Assembly (NCBI GenBank): GCA_043803405.1
Contig: JAZDKB010000034.1
Coordinates: forward strand, 1 to 31,744
Origin: Spirochaetota bacterium
GTDB taxonomy: Bacteria > Spirochaetota > UBA4802 > JAFGDQ01
Direction of reading: 5' to 3'
DNA length: 31,744 nt
Part shown: positions 8,740 to 18,384 of the stretch, in pieces
How the letters are laid out: each line of letters starts with the position of its first letter
Position numbering within the stretch: the first letter of the stretch is position 1
Translations under genes and position numbers: made by a program
The notes under the pieces: model-generated
Databases searched by the model: none
The model's input: only the letters and a program-made list of their open reading frames with translations
What the model was told of the DNA's origin: nothing

Positions 8740-10986
8740 ATGGCAAATGAATTTTTAAAAATGGATAAAAGCCGTCTTTTTGCTCTTTTAATATCAATTA
8801 TAATATTTGTTTTTTTAGCACTGGTTTACAGCCGCCTGTCGTTATTTGATGCTATGGAAAACAGCGCCGTGGACTTTAAGTTTTATTTAAAAGCACCTGA
8901 CCAGAGGACAGAGAAAATAAACGAAGGTGCTACTTTAGTTAAGAAAAATCCAAAAGCAAGAAATGATCTTATTATTTTAGGTATTGATGAAACTACTATC
9001 AGGACTTTTAACGGTACAGGGATAAACTGGCCATTCCCGTGGAACGTTCATGCAAAACTGGCAAAATTTGTAGGATCGGGAAATCCTTTAGCGGTTTTTT
9101 TTGATATAATGTTCCTGGACCACAAAGAACACGAAAAGGAATTCGCCGAGGCAATAAAAAGCACAAAAAGTGTATTTCTGGACTATTCATTTGAGACTGC
9201 TGAATATGATAAAAAATATCCGGATATAGACGCAAGGATGGGAATTGTCAACAAGAACCTTATTGCCCGCGATCCGAACGATAACTTTTCCATGTGGGTA
9301 GAGGAGGCGGTTCCTCCTGTTCCTGCCCTTGCCGGCGCTTCCACCGGAGTCGGATTTGCCAATGTGAGACCGGATATCGATCACATAAACAGGAAAATGC
9401 CTTTAATCATTAAGTATAATGAAAAAAAGGGAATGATAATAAATTCGTTAATTGAAGCAGTCAACAAGCAGGCAGGATTATCGGTTAATCGCCTGGATTT
9501 AAAAAAGAATATTAAAAAATTAGGAATTAATCCGGATAAATATTCCGAAATTCTGAAGAACGTTTCTGAAAGCTTTGGCGTTACCGGAGATATGAAATTG
9601 AATTCAGATAATTTTTCCACCCTGGATCAGTTTCTGGATTACTTGAACAACAAAATGAGTTCATATTATCCGAGTATAGATTTGTTGCTGGTGATGCAGT
9701 ATTATGGTATTACGAATAAAGATATTGAAGTTAAGATGGGTGATTATATTAAACTAAAGAATCTCCCTCCGGATAAAATGGCAAAACCTAATTCGGCGCG
9801 GGAGATCAGAATTCCTGTTGATGAACAGGGGTTCATGGATATTAATTTTATCGGCGGATTCGGTAGTTTTAACTATTATCCTTATCTTTATTTTCACCAG
9901 GATGGGAAATTCAATAATCCTTCTCTTCAAAATAAAATATTGCTGGTTGCCGCGTTTGCTTCTACGGGAATAGCGACTGACCGGCATAAATCGCCTTACG
10001 GAGATTTATACGGCATTGAACACCATGCGAATACTCTTAATACAATTTTAAATCAGGATTTCATTAAAAAGCTGAATACATGGCAGAATATTCTTATTTT
10101 ACTTGTTATAGCGATAATAATGGGTTTGTTCCTGTCCAGATTATCAATTGTTAAGTCAATTATTCTTACTGCTGTATTAATATTGGTATACATAGTAGGT
10201 TCACAGGTATTATTTGAGACAAAGAATCTTATATTTATTTATTTTACAGCTTTATTACAAATTGGCGTTACATTTGCTTTGATTATTTCTTACCGTGTTG
10301 TAACTGAGCAAAAAGAGAAAAGATATATAAGGCAGACGTTTTCAAAGCTTGTTGCCAAGTCCGTTGTTGATGAGCTTCTAAAGGATCCGGAGAAATTAAA
10401 ACTGGGCGGTGAAAAAAAACCTGTTACCGTTTTGTTTTCCGACATAAGAGGTTTTACATCCCTTACGGAAAAAATGCCTTCGGAAGCGCTTGTTCAGCAT
10501 TTAAACGAATATCTTGAGGCTATGTCGAATGTAATTATAAAATATGAGGGGACGCTGGACAAATACATCGGCGATGCGATCATGGCTTTCTGGGGAGCGC
10601 CTATACCGCAGGAGAACCATGCTCTTCTAGCCTGCAGGGCTGCTGTTGAAATGATGGAAGTTTTGAAAAAAATGAACGAGGAGTGGGTCAACAGGAAGCC
10701 TGAACCGAAACAGCCTCTTAACATAGGAATCGGGCTGAACACCGGGGATATGCACGTTGCTCTGATGGGTTCATCCACCAGAATGAATTATACATTAATA
10801 GGCGATAATGTTAATCTTGGCTCAAGGGTTGAAGGACTTAATAAAGAGTACAAGACTAATATAATTATTACCGAATTCACATATGAACAGGTAAAGAACG
10901 ATATAATTGCGCGTGAACTCGATCTGGTGCGCGTAAAAGGCAAAGCGTTGCCTGCCAAGATATATGAACTGATCGACATGAAATAA
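8740..10986 (+). CDS. CHASE2-domain class III adenylate cyclase
   Basis: N-terminal TM, CHASE2 motifs (IILGIDE, WPFPW, FDIMF, GFANV.PD.D..NR, YPS, GIEHHAN), 3 TMs, cyclase motifs FSDIRGFT, DKYIGDAIMAFWGAP, NYTLIGDNVNLGSRVEG. The Lys/Thr specificity residues point to ATP. Confidence 0.95.
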   Translation: MANEFLKMDKSRLFALLISIIIFVFLALVYSRLSLFDAMENSAVDFKFYLKAPDQRTEKINEGATLVKKNPKARNDLIILGIDETTIRTFNGTGINWPFPWNVHAKLAKFVGSGNPLAVFFDIMFLDHKEHEKEFAEAIKSTKSVFLDYSFETAEYDKKYPDIDARMGIVNKNLIARDPNDNFSMWVEEAVPPVPALAGASTGVGFANVRPDIDHINRKMPLIIKYNEKKGMIINSLIEAVNKQAGLSVNRLDLKKNIKKLGINPDKYSEILKNVSESFGVTGDMKLNSDNFSTLDQFLDYLNNKMSSYYPSIDLLLVMQYYGITNKDIEVKMGDYIKLKNLPPDKMAKPNSAREIRIPVDEQGFMDINFIGGFGSFNYYPYLYFHQDGKFNNPSLQNKILLVAAFASTGIATDRHKSPYGDLYGIEHHANTLNTILNQDFIKKLNTWQNILILLVIAIIMGLFLSRLSIVKSIILTAVLILVYIVGSQVLFETKNLIFIYFTALLQIGVTFALIISYRVVTEQKEKRYIRQTFSKLVAKSVVDELLKDPEKLKLGGEKKPVTVLFSDIRGFTSLTEKMPSEALVQHLNEYLEAMSNVIIKYEGTLDKYIGDAIMAFWGAPIPQENHALLACRAAVEMMEVLKKMNEEWVNRKPEPKQPLNIGIGLNTGDMHVALMGSSTRMNYTLIGDNVNLGSRVEGLNKEYKTNIIITEFTYEQVKNDIIARELDLVRVKGKALPAKIYELIDMK

Positions 10987-11001
10987 CGCCTGTTTTATAC
11001 A

Positions 11002-12171
11002 ATGCCGGCAAAGGCTATGATAAAGAAAAAAATCAATACAATACATGAACGAAATAAAATTACAGAAAGGATTATAAATGCCGCTGTAAAAAGAAAAAGC
11101 TTTCTGATATGCGGTCATGAGAATCCGGATGAGGACTGCATTGCATCGATGATTGCTTTTGCCATTCTCTTAACAAAATTCGATAAAACAGTGCAGCTGT
11201 ACATAAACGGATTTATTAATGAAAATCTGAACTACCTTCTTAATATCTGCAAATACAATTCTATAAAAGTTATTAATGATAAAAGCAATTTAAAAAGAAG
11301 CATTGATACAATTGTAATTTGCGATACTGCAAAAAAATCAATGCTTGATATTAATAACAGGATACGCAGTCTCTTTAAAAAAAAGGAAATTATTAAGATC
11401 GAGATCGATCATCATATCGGAGGGGACAGCGAATATATCGGAGATAGAAAATATTCTCTTGTTGATGAGGCTTCCTCGGCTTCTGAACTTGTAGGATTTA
11501 TCGCATTAAAATTGAGAAATATGAAAAATATTTTAATGCACTTTTTTATCCTGGATCCATTTTCAAGGAATTTCATTCTTGCCATTCTAACCGGTATTGT
11601 AGGCGATACCAACATGGGACAGTATTTAAAGTCCAAAAGAGAAAAGGTATATTATAAGATATTTTCAAATATGTACAACAGTATGCTTATGAAACTTACT
11701 GTAAGGGAGACAAATTTAACCAGGATAGAGGACATATCAAAAGCCCTGCATAGTTTAACAATTCAGGAAGAGGGATGTTATAATTACGTTATCCGGAAAA
11801 AACAATTTATGAACTCAATCGGCTATGTCATTCTCCGGAAAAAAGAGATGGATTATATTAAAAAGCATTTCGATTATGATGTTCTTATCACAGTAGTTAA
11901 AACCATAGCGGATGAACTGGCTGAGGAGAGCGGTAAATTAAGCATGGTGGTTTATTATGACGACCATGGCGACGAAAAAATTTATCAGTTCAGGATGCGG
12001 AGATCGCAGATTTTTAAGAAATTCGATTTAAGAAAGGTCATGGATATTTTTAATATTGCCGATGGCGGAGGACACGAAGGCGCTGTCGGATTCAGATTTT
12101 CTGTCAGCACAGTTAACGATATTGAAGAATACTCAAACAACCTGCTTTCAACAATAGACAAAAGGATTTAA
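11002..12171 (+). CDS. DHH/DHHA1 family phosphoesterase
   Basis: GHENPDEDCIAS, ICDT, IDHH, GIVGDT, GGGHEGAVG motifs. Confidence 0.9.
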   Translation: MPAKAMIKKKINTIHERNKITERIINAAVKRKSFLICGHENPDEDCIASMIAFAILLTKFDKTVQLYINGFINENLNYLLNICKYNSIKVINDKSNLKRSIDTIVICDTAKKSMLDINNRIRSLFKKKEIIKIEIDHHIGGDSEYIGDRKYSLVDEASSASELVGFIALKLRNMKNILMHFFILDPFSRNFILAILTGIVGDTNMGQYLKSKREKVYYKIFSNMYNSMLMKLTVRETNLTRIEDISKALHSLTIQEEGCYNYVIRKKQFMNSIGYVILRKKEMDYIKKHFDYDVLITVVKTIADELAEESGKLSMVVYYDDHGDEKIYQFRMRRSQIFKKFDLRKVMDIFNIADGGGHEGAVGFRFSVSTVNDIEEYSNNLLSTIDKRI

Positions 12172-12175
12172 TTTA

Positions 12176-14443
12176 CTAACTTTTCAGCTGGATCAATTCG
12201 TAATCTGCCATTTTGTAATCTTCGTCGATATTTTTTACTTTTTCAAAGCAGCGGGCCGCTTCTTCTTTAAGACCGCTTTCCTTGTATGACATGCCAAGAG
12301 CAAACAAAGCATTGACAAAGTTCGTGTCTATATTTAAAGCTTTCTGAAACAATTCAACAGCAGTGTCAAAATCCGCAATTTTATAAGCAGCTGCACCTGC
12401 CAGATAATAAGCGAATTTGTTGTCCTTATCTCTTTCCGTATATTTATGTATCGTATTAAGAACTTTTGTGAAATCGTTTGCCCTGAAATAACATTTTGCC
12501 AGATTATACAACAGCCTTTGATTTTCGGGGTATTGTTCGAGTCCTTTTTTTAAAAGATCGATTGCTTCAAAGTTCTTCTTCTCGTTAATGAGATTTTTTA
12601 CGTTTTTGATTATATCAATAGTTACATCTCTTTTCAACTCTATTATTAAAAGAGTAATATCATCCTGAACCTGCATGCCGCCTGTAAAATTCTGAAGATC
12701 ATCAATAATAAAATTGGTGAATTCCCGCAGCTGCATGTTCTTGTTTTCCAGGATTGTTTTTTCAAATCTTTCATTGGAATAATGCTCTTTAGCGGAATTG
12801 GAGGCTTCGGGTATTCCGTCCGTGTAAAGAATAAGCCTGTCGCCGTAGTTTAATTTAGTTGTTTTTTCCTCGTATGTTTCTTTCGCATCTTCTATTGCTC
12901 CAATAAAAAGGCCGCCCGTGTCGAGAGTCTCGATCCTGTTCTCGGAATTGCGCAATATGATCGCTTTCTGATGGCTGGCATTGGAGTAGGTTACATTGTA
13001 TTCCTCGTCTATCAGCACCATAAAACATGTTAAATAGTCCTGGCTTTTAACATGCTCCAGCAGTTCCTGATTTACTTCCCTGAATATTTTTTTAGGCGAA
13101 TTATATTTTAAGAACGCGTTTCCAAATGAAACTTTTGCCATTGTGGTTACAAGAGCTGCCGGAATCCCATGACCGGACACGTCTGCGACATATAAAACAA
13201 TTTTATTCCCCTCCATCTGGTGTACATCGTAAAAATCCCCGCCTATCTTATCCATGGAAAAATATTTTACCGAGAATGTAAGCTCGTTCCAGTCGTTAAT
13301 TCTGCCGGGCAGAATGCCCCTCTGGATTGTGCCTGCCATATCAAGCTGCTTCTGTATAAGATCGTCCCGTTCTTTCAGATTAGAAAGTGCTTTGCGTAGT
13401 TCCGCGGTCCTTTCTTCAACCTTTGCTTCGAGATTTTTTCTGTGCTCAATAATTTCCCTGTCCATTTGCAGAATCAAATATTCTACAGTGCTGAATTCTC
13501 TTTCCAGCGGAAGAAAATTGAATTTTGCTTCAACTCCCTTTGCTATATCCTGTGACACCCTGCTTATATCCCTGAAAATTCTTAAAATGGAGTTTGCTGT
13601 TGTGTTGATTATAATCATTACTGCAAATATTGAAATGATAAAGTAAATGATAAAACCGATCAAATCTATGTTCGCTTCCAGCTTTCCCTGCTTTATTAGA
13701 AGGCCGAAAGCAAAAAGAGCGATCAGCATAAAAACGATTATAATATTGAATTTTACTCTTAGCTTAAGAAAAGATTTCGGCTGAAGATAATTATTTCTTC
13801 TTCTTAACTCGTTAAAACATGCGGCTCTTTCCCGGCTTGTGATTGTGTCTGTTAAAATATATGTAGATAAGGCCGAGATTATAATGATGAACAAATGTAA
13901 AATGATAAATATTTTTATATAATCCAGGAAAAACACAAAGAATATCTCGGCAGGATACTGCAGGTCTTCACCGTATTGTTTAATCTCAAAGTATGATATT
14001 GTAAATGTGATTGCTCCTGCGGTAATCGTAAGGAGCAGATTGATCAGCATATTATATCCGGGTATTTTCGTTAATTGATTATATAACCTGTTAAGATCTT
14101 CGTCTTTAATATCAGGATTTAATGTATTCCCGTGAATATTTTTATTTATGTGTCTAAGGGGTTTGTAAAAGGCCGGGATTTTAATAAAAGATAGCAGCCC
14201 GAATTGCAGGCAGTACAGGAATTCTATTATCATAAATATGACAGGCTGGCGTACCAGATCAATAAAACGGATGATGTCCCCGTAAATCATTGATTTTACT
14301 TTAATATCGATTACAGATGTAATAAGAAAATTTAAAATGGCAGATTCCAGAACCATGATGGCTAAAATCATCATGAATGTGCTTAAAGCGATCGCAGCTG
14401 TATAACTGAATTTCCTGGCAAAAAAATAAAATATTCGCGCCAT
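12176..14443 (-). CDS. Membrane-bound SpoIIE/RsbU-like PP2C phosphatase with C-terminal TPRs
   Basis: About 6 TMs, coiled coil (LEAKVEERTAEL), GGDFYD, ADVSGHGIPAA, YTDGIPEA, DDITL, then TPR repeats. Confidence 0.93.
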   Translation of the reverse strand: MARIFYFFARKFSYTAAIALSTFMMILAIMVLESAILNFLITSVIDIKVKSMIYGDIIRFIDLVRQPVIFMIIEFLYCLQFGLLSFIKIPAFYKPLRHINKNIHGNTLNPDIKDEDLNRLYNQLTKIPGYNMLINLLLTITAGAITFTISYFEIKQYGEDLQYPAEIFFVFFLDYIKIFIILHLFIIIISALSTYILTDTITSRERAACFNELRRRNNYLQPKSFLKLRVKFNIIIVFMLIALFAFGLLIKQGKLEANIDLIGFIIYFIISIFAVMIIINTTANSILRIFRDISRVSQDIAKGVEAKFNFLPLEREFSTVEYLILQMDREIIEHRKNLEAKVEERTAELRKALSNLKERDDLIQKQLDMAGTIQRGILPGRINDWNELTFSVKYFSMDKIGGDFYDVHQMEGNKIVLYVADVSGHGIPAALVTTMAKVSFGNAFLKYNSPKKIFREVNQELLEHVKSQDYLTCFMVLIDEEYNVTYSNASHQKAIILRNSENRIETLDTGGLFIGAIEDAKETYEEKTTKLNYGDRLILYTDGIPEASNSAKEHYSNERFEKTILENKNMQLREFTNFIIDDLQNFTGGMQVQDDITLLIIELKRDVTIDIIKNVKNLINEKKNFEAIDLLKKGLEQYPENQRLLYNLAKCYFRANDFTKVLNTIHKYTERDKDNKFAYYLAGAAAYKIADFDTAVELFQKALNIDTNFVNALFALGMSYKESGLKEEAARCFEKVKNIDEDYKMADYELIQLKS

Positions 14444-14454
14444 TTGTTTAACTC

Positions 14455-15654
14455 CTATTTCCTGTCAATGATTGTCGGATCCTTGGCACATCTGAAGCCC
14501 GCAATATTGTCTGTATATAAATTCGGCAGTCCGCCAACACGCCTGTCCGTAGTTCTAACTTCTTCCTTTGAGTTGAACCATGACCCACCTCTTATGACTT
14601 TAACCTGCTTACCGAACATTTTATTAGAATATGAATTTCCTGCGTATGCATTGTACCACGATGATGTCCACTCAGCAGCATTGCCCGACATGTTTACAAT
14701 GCCGTATACCGAATCTCCGAATCTCCTGAACATATAAACAGGCAGCAGCCCTTTGCCGAACTTCTTTTTAGTATCTTCGCCGATTTTTCCTGTAACCCAG
14801 AATTCCAGAGAGTTGGCCTTTGAAGGATCGAATGCATTTCCCCATGGATAAAATAATGGCTTTTCAATATAAGAGAAGGATTCATCCTGGTTTTTTATCA
14901 GTTCAAGTCCTTTGCCTCTTGCAGCTTTTTCCCATTCTTCTTCGGTTGGAAGGCGCTTGTGCGCCCATTCCGCGTATTTTAGTGCTTCGTGGTATGATAC
15001 CAGTACTGGATTATCGTTTGATCCTTCATTGTATTTGCCTTTCTGCCAGGATGCAGGCGGTTTTGAATTTGTTTTACTTATAAATATATAATAATCGGAA
15101 TTCGAAACTTCATATTTATCAATATAAAAGTCGTCTATGTTAATAATTTGCTGTGGTTTCTCATCCTTGTCACCTGTATCTGATCCGAACAGGAATTCTC
15201 CCCCGGGGATCAAAATCATTTCCTTGTAATCTATACTTGTAAATATAATATCTTTATAGATATCTTTTTGCGTTTTTAATTCAATTGTAGGTTCCTGTTT
15301 TGCTGTTGTCTTTTTTGATTCTTCCTGTTCTTCATCTTTTAAGTAACCAATTGTTGCGCCTGCATTAATCATGTTTTTTTCTTTTAACGAGTATTCGGCA
15401 AGCGCTCTTAAAACGAGTTTGTTGCTTTCCGTAAACGGGCTAAGAATGATAATCGAAACTTTACCTATTTCAGCATTATCATCAATGATAGAGTAAGTTT
15501 CTTTATCCGGTATCCTGTCCAGCAATACTGTGATGAACTTGTCTTTTCTTACTGTCTCGACTTTGCCTATTTTATCGTACAATGGTTTCTGTGCAAGGGA
15601 GTATCCTGCGGCTACAATTAAAGCACTTATTATGATTAAAATATATTTTAGCAT
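14455..15654 (-). CDS. Exported FGE-sulfatase (SUMF1/EgtB/PvdO) domain protein
   Basis: Signal peptide; IPGGEFLFGS, FYIDKYEVSN, RLPTEEEWEKAARG, YPWG, MSGNAAEW, RGGSW, GFRCA. Confidence 0.92.
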   Translation of the reverse strand: MLKYILIIISALIVAAGYSLAQKPLYDKIGKVETVRKDKFITVLLDRIPDKETYSIIDDNAEIGKVSIIILSPFTESNKLVLRALAEYSLKEKNMINAGATIGYLKDEEQEESKKTTAKQEPTIELKTQKDIYKDIIFTSIDYKEMILIPGGEFLFGSDTGDKDEKPQQIINIDDFYIDKYEVSNSDYYIFISKTNSKPPASWQKGKYNEGSNDNPVLVSYHEALKYAEWAHKRLPTEEEWEKAARGKGLELIKNQDESFSYIEKPLFYPWGNAFDPSKANSLEFWVTGKIGEDTKKKFGKGLLPVYMFRRFGDSVYGIVNMSGNAAEWTSSWYNAYAGNSYSNKMFGKQVKVIRGGSWFNSKEEVRTTDRRVGGLPNLYTDNIAGFRCAKDPTIIDRK

Positions 15655-15660
15655 ATTTAC

Positions 15661-16314
15661 TTATTCTTGATATATAGATTTGTCGGGCCATCTGAGGCAG
15701 GTTAATACTCCTCCATAGCACGCCCCTGTATCTATCCCGATTATATTTGTGTCCTTATTAAAATATATTTCCTTATTCTGTCCGCTAAGGATTGAGCAGG
15801 GCGTGTGCCCAAAAATAATCGTTTTTTCCCATTTTCTTGGATCTCTGAAAAATTTGTCCCTTATCCATAACATGTCATAGGATGATTGTGCTTCTATATT
15901 ATATATTTTCGGATTTAAGCCTGCGTGAACAGCAATAAAATCTTCACTTTCAAAATATTGTGTAAGATTATTGAAAAATACCTGATGATTAAGCGGTATG
16001 GTGAAACTCCCGAGATTTTTTTTATAGCTTTTGATTGTCGCCATTCCGCCGTTTTCCATGTAATTCTGATAATCGAGCGAGCTGCTTTTATATTTTAACA
16101 GCATATCTTCGTGATTTCCTTTGAGGAATATCGTGTTATTTTCTTTCGACAGGCTTATTAAATATTCTATTACTTCGTAAGAATCCGGACCCCTGTCTAT
16201 ATAATCTCCAAGAAAAATAAGCGTATCATTATCTGAAATAAGATTTTTAATCTTGCTATACAGATTATCAAGGTGGTCAATGCAGCCGTGAATGTCACCG
16301 ATTAAATAGTACAT
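15661..16314 (-). CDS. PPP-family Ser/Thr protein phosphatase (calcineurin-like metallophosphoesterase)
   Basis: GDIHG, GDYIDRG, GNHE, VHAG, FGHTP, IDTG motifs. Confidence 0.95.
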   Translation of the reverse strand: MYYLIGDIHGCIDHLDNLYSKIKNLISDNDTLIFLGDYIDRGPDSYEVIEYLISLSKENNTIFLKGNHEDMLLKYKSSSLDYQNYMENGGMATIKSYKKNLGSFTIPLNHQVFFNNLTQYFESEDFIAVHAGLNPKIYNIEAQSSYDMLWIRDKFFRDPRKWEKTIIFGHTPCSILSGQNKEIYFNKDTNIIGIDTGACYGGVLTCLRWPDKSIYQE

Positions 16315-16321
16315 AGTGTTT

Positions 16322-17275
16322 TTATTTACGGGAATTCTTAATAAATTCAGATAAGTCTTTATATAGATAACTAATCGTCTTTTCGCCTTCTGCCAGGCTT
16401 TCCGCGTCCATTATCCCGAATATCCATTCCTTAAATACTGAAGCAAATATATAATCGTTATCTTTTACTTTTAAAAAGGCTGTTTGTGATTCTCCGGCGC
16501 CGCTAAGGATAAACCTGCTTTGATCGTTTTTAAGAAGGCCGGAGAATTCCCTGAGGGACAAATGGCGAGTCTCTCTTTTTGCAAAAAAAACAGTTTTTGT
16601 TTTCCCGGAGATTTCAAATTTTCTTGTAAATATTTCTTTTAATATCCGGAGTATTGGATGTCCTTCTATCCTGTAAACAAGTGATTTCCTGTTATCTGTT
16701 CCTCCGAACAGCGAAAGATAAGAGGGCAGGGGATCGCTGTTCTTTATTTTACCGCAGATGATCTCCGTAAACATCCTGCAATCCTGTATTCCATCGATGT
16801 ATCCGCGGACAGGTTTTGCAATAATATAATATTGTCCTTTTCTGGAGAATAATCCCTGCTCCGTTGAATATGAATCATCTCCTTCGTTCTCTTCTGTGTT
16901 TTCAGTTTTTACTTTCTTTTCTTTTTCCGGTTGTGTGTCGGAATTCTTTTCCATGCTGAGTACACCGAAAGCCTTTAACGGCGATTCCATTGCATAGATT
17001 TCAACTTTAAGCGCGATATCGGTTCCGGATATTTTTTTGTATTTTGCCGTAAAGAGTTCTTTGAATCCGTAAGTATAAAGGAGGCGTATTCTTTCAGGGT
17101 CTTTTATGAATTCTTTTATGTTTCCTGGAGTATAGTATTCAGGGGAACCGTCTGTTACCCAGCCCGGGATTTCAACATCACGCGGGAGTATATCCTCGGT
17201 TTTGTCGGATTCCTGAAACAGCGCGCAGGAGAGTGTATTTAATGCCAGCAGCAAAAATAATATTTTCTTGTTCAT
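16322..17275 (-). CDS. Putative lipoprotein (possibly DUF6599-like)
   Basis: Lipobox-like TLS-C after a hydrophobic stretch; VEIYAMESPLKAFG and KGQYYI patterns. Family call is tentative. Confidence 0.65.
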   Translation of the reverse strand: MNKKILFLLLALNTLSCALFQESDKTEDILPRDVEIPGWVTDGSPEYYTPGNIKEFIKDPERIRLLYTYGFKELFTAKYKKISGTDIALKVEIYAMESPLKAFGVLSMEKNSDTQPEKEKKVKTENTEENEGDDSYSTEQGLFSRKGQYYIIAKPVRGYIDGIQDCRMFTEIICGKIKNSDPLPSYLSLFGGTDNRKSLVYRIEGHPILRILKEIFTRKFEISGKTKTVFFAKRETRHLSLREFSGLLKNDQSRFILSGAGESQTAFLKVKDNDYIFASVFKEWIFGIMDAESLAEGEKTISYLYKDLSEFIKNSRK

Positions 17276-17305
17276 TGTTATCCTTATAATTAATTAATTT
17301 GTATG

Positions 17306-18319
17306 TTATCTGTGTTCATCTGCGTTCATCTGAGGTAAATTTCCTGCGAAGTGACAGGACACCAGATGATCTTCTTCTCCGGGTTTATTATACTTTTCTA
17401 GCACAGGGATCACATTTTTGCAAATATCTTTTGCGTACCGGCACCTGGTGTGAAAAGTACATCCGGAAGGCGGGTTCACCGGAGAAGGCACATCTCCATG
17501 CAGCACTATTCTTTGTCCTTTGTATAGCGGATCTGGCCTAGGGATCGCGGATATGAGCGCCATTGTGTACGGATGCATGGGGTTACTGTATATTGTATCG
17601 GCATCGGCAAGCTCCGCTATTTTTCCCAGATACATTACAGCGATCCTGTCAGATACGTGCTTCACAACAGTAAGGTCGTGCGAAATAAAAACGTATGTCA
17701 GGTCCAGCTCGCTCTGAAGTTCCAGGAGGAGATTCAGTATTTGCGACTGAATGGATACATCGAGAGCTGAAACCGGCTCGTCGCAGATGATCAGCTTAGG
17801 GTTAAGAGCGATCGCGCGCGCAATACCTATCCTCTGCCGCTGGCCGCCGGAGAATTCATGAGGATACCGGGTGAGGGCGCTTTCCGGAAGCCCGACCTTC
17901 GCCAGGAGGCGCAATGCCTTTTCTTTTCTCTCATCCGCGGTTCCGATTTTATGTATGATAAAAGGCTCTTCGATTATATATCCTACAGTATGTCTTGAAT
18001 TAAGAGATTCAAACGGATCCTGAAAGATGATCTGCATATCACGTCTGGCTGCGCGCAGATCCTTCGGCTTTAAGTGAGATATGTTTTTGTTCTCGAAATG
18101 AACCTCCCCGTGGGTCAGGTTGTAGAGCTTAAGGATCGCCCTGCCGACCGTAGTTTTTCCGCACCCGGACTCGCCAACAAGCCCGATTGTTTCACCGCGC
18201 TTAACATTGAACGAGACACCGTCCACTGCCTTTACAGTATTGATCTGCTTGTAAAAAATTCCGCCCTTTACCGGGAAGTGCATTTTAAGGTCTTTGACCA
18301 GCAACAGGTAATTATTCAT
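17306..18319 (-). CDS. oppF: Oligopeptide/dipeptide ABC transporter ATP-binding subunit (OppF/DppF type)
   Basis: [31 protein letters not shown]-terminal oligo-HPY domain with Cys motif. Confidence 0.92.
   Translation of the reverse strand: MNNYLLLVKDLKMHFPVKGGIFYKQINTVKAVDGVSFNVKRGETIGLVGESGCGKTTVGRAILKLYNLTHGEVHFENKNISHLKPKDLRAARRDMQIIFQDPFESLNSRHTVGYIIEEPFIIHKIGTADERKEKALRLLAKVGLPESALTRYPHEFSGGQRQRIGIARAIALNPKLIICDEPVSALDVSIQSQILNLLLELQSELDLTYVFISHDLTVVKHVSDRIAVMYLGKIAELADADTIYSNPMHPYTMALISAIPRPDPLYKGQRIVLHGDVPSPVNPPSGCTFHTRCRYAKDICKNVIPVLEKYNKPGEEDHLVSCHFAGNLPQMNADEHR
17308..17337. repeat. Three degenerate 10-bp tandem units ATCTG(T/C)GTTC forming the 3' end of the oppF-like gene
   Basis: atctgtgttc atctgcgttc atctgaggta; on the minus strand it encodes the terminal PQMNADEHR. 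Confidence 0.7.
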
Positions 18320-18384
18320 TTTTTTGTTTGATGTTTGCTCAATTTGTTTTTTCCAAAATAGCTATGTTTAGCAATAAACTAATG

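Noticed and set aside
14455..15654. FGE-domain gene as the target of a diversity-generating retroelement
   Set aside because: The C-terminus is a CLec/FGE fold, but no reverse transcriptase or second copy (template repeat) of its 3' end is visible in the window.
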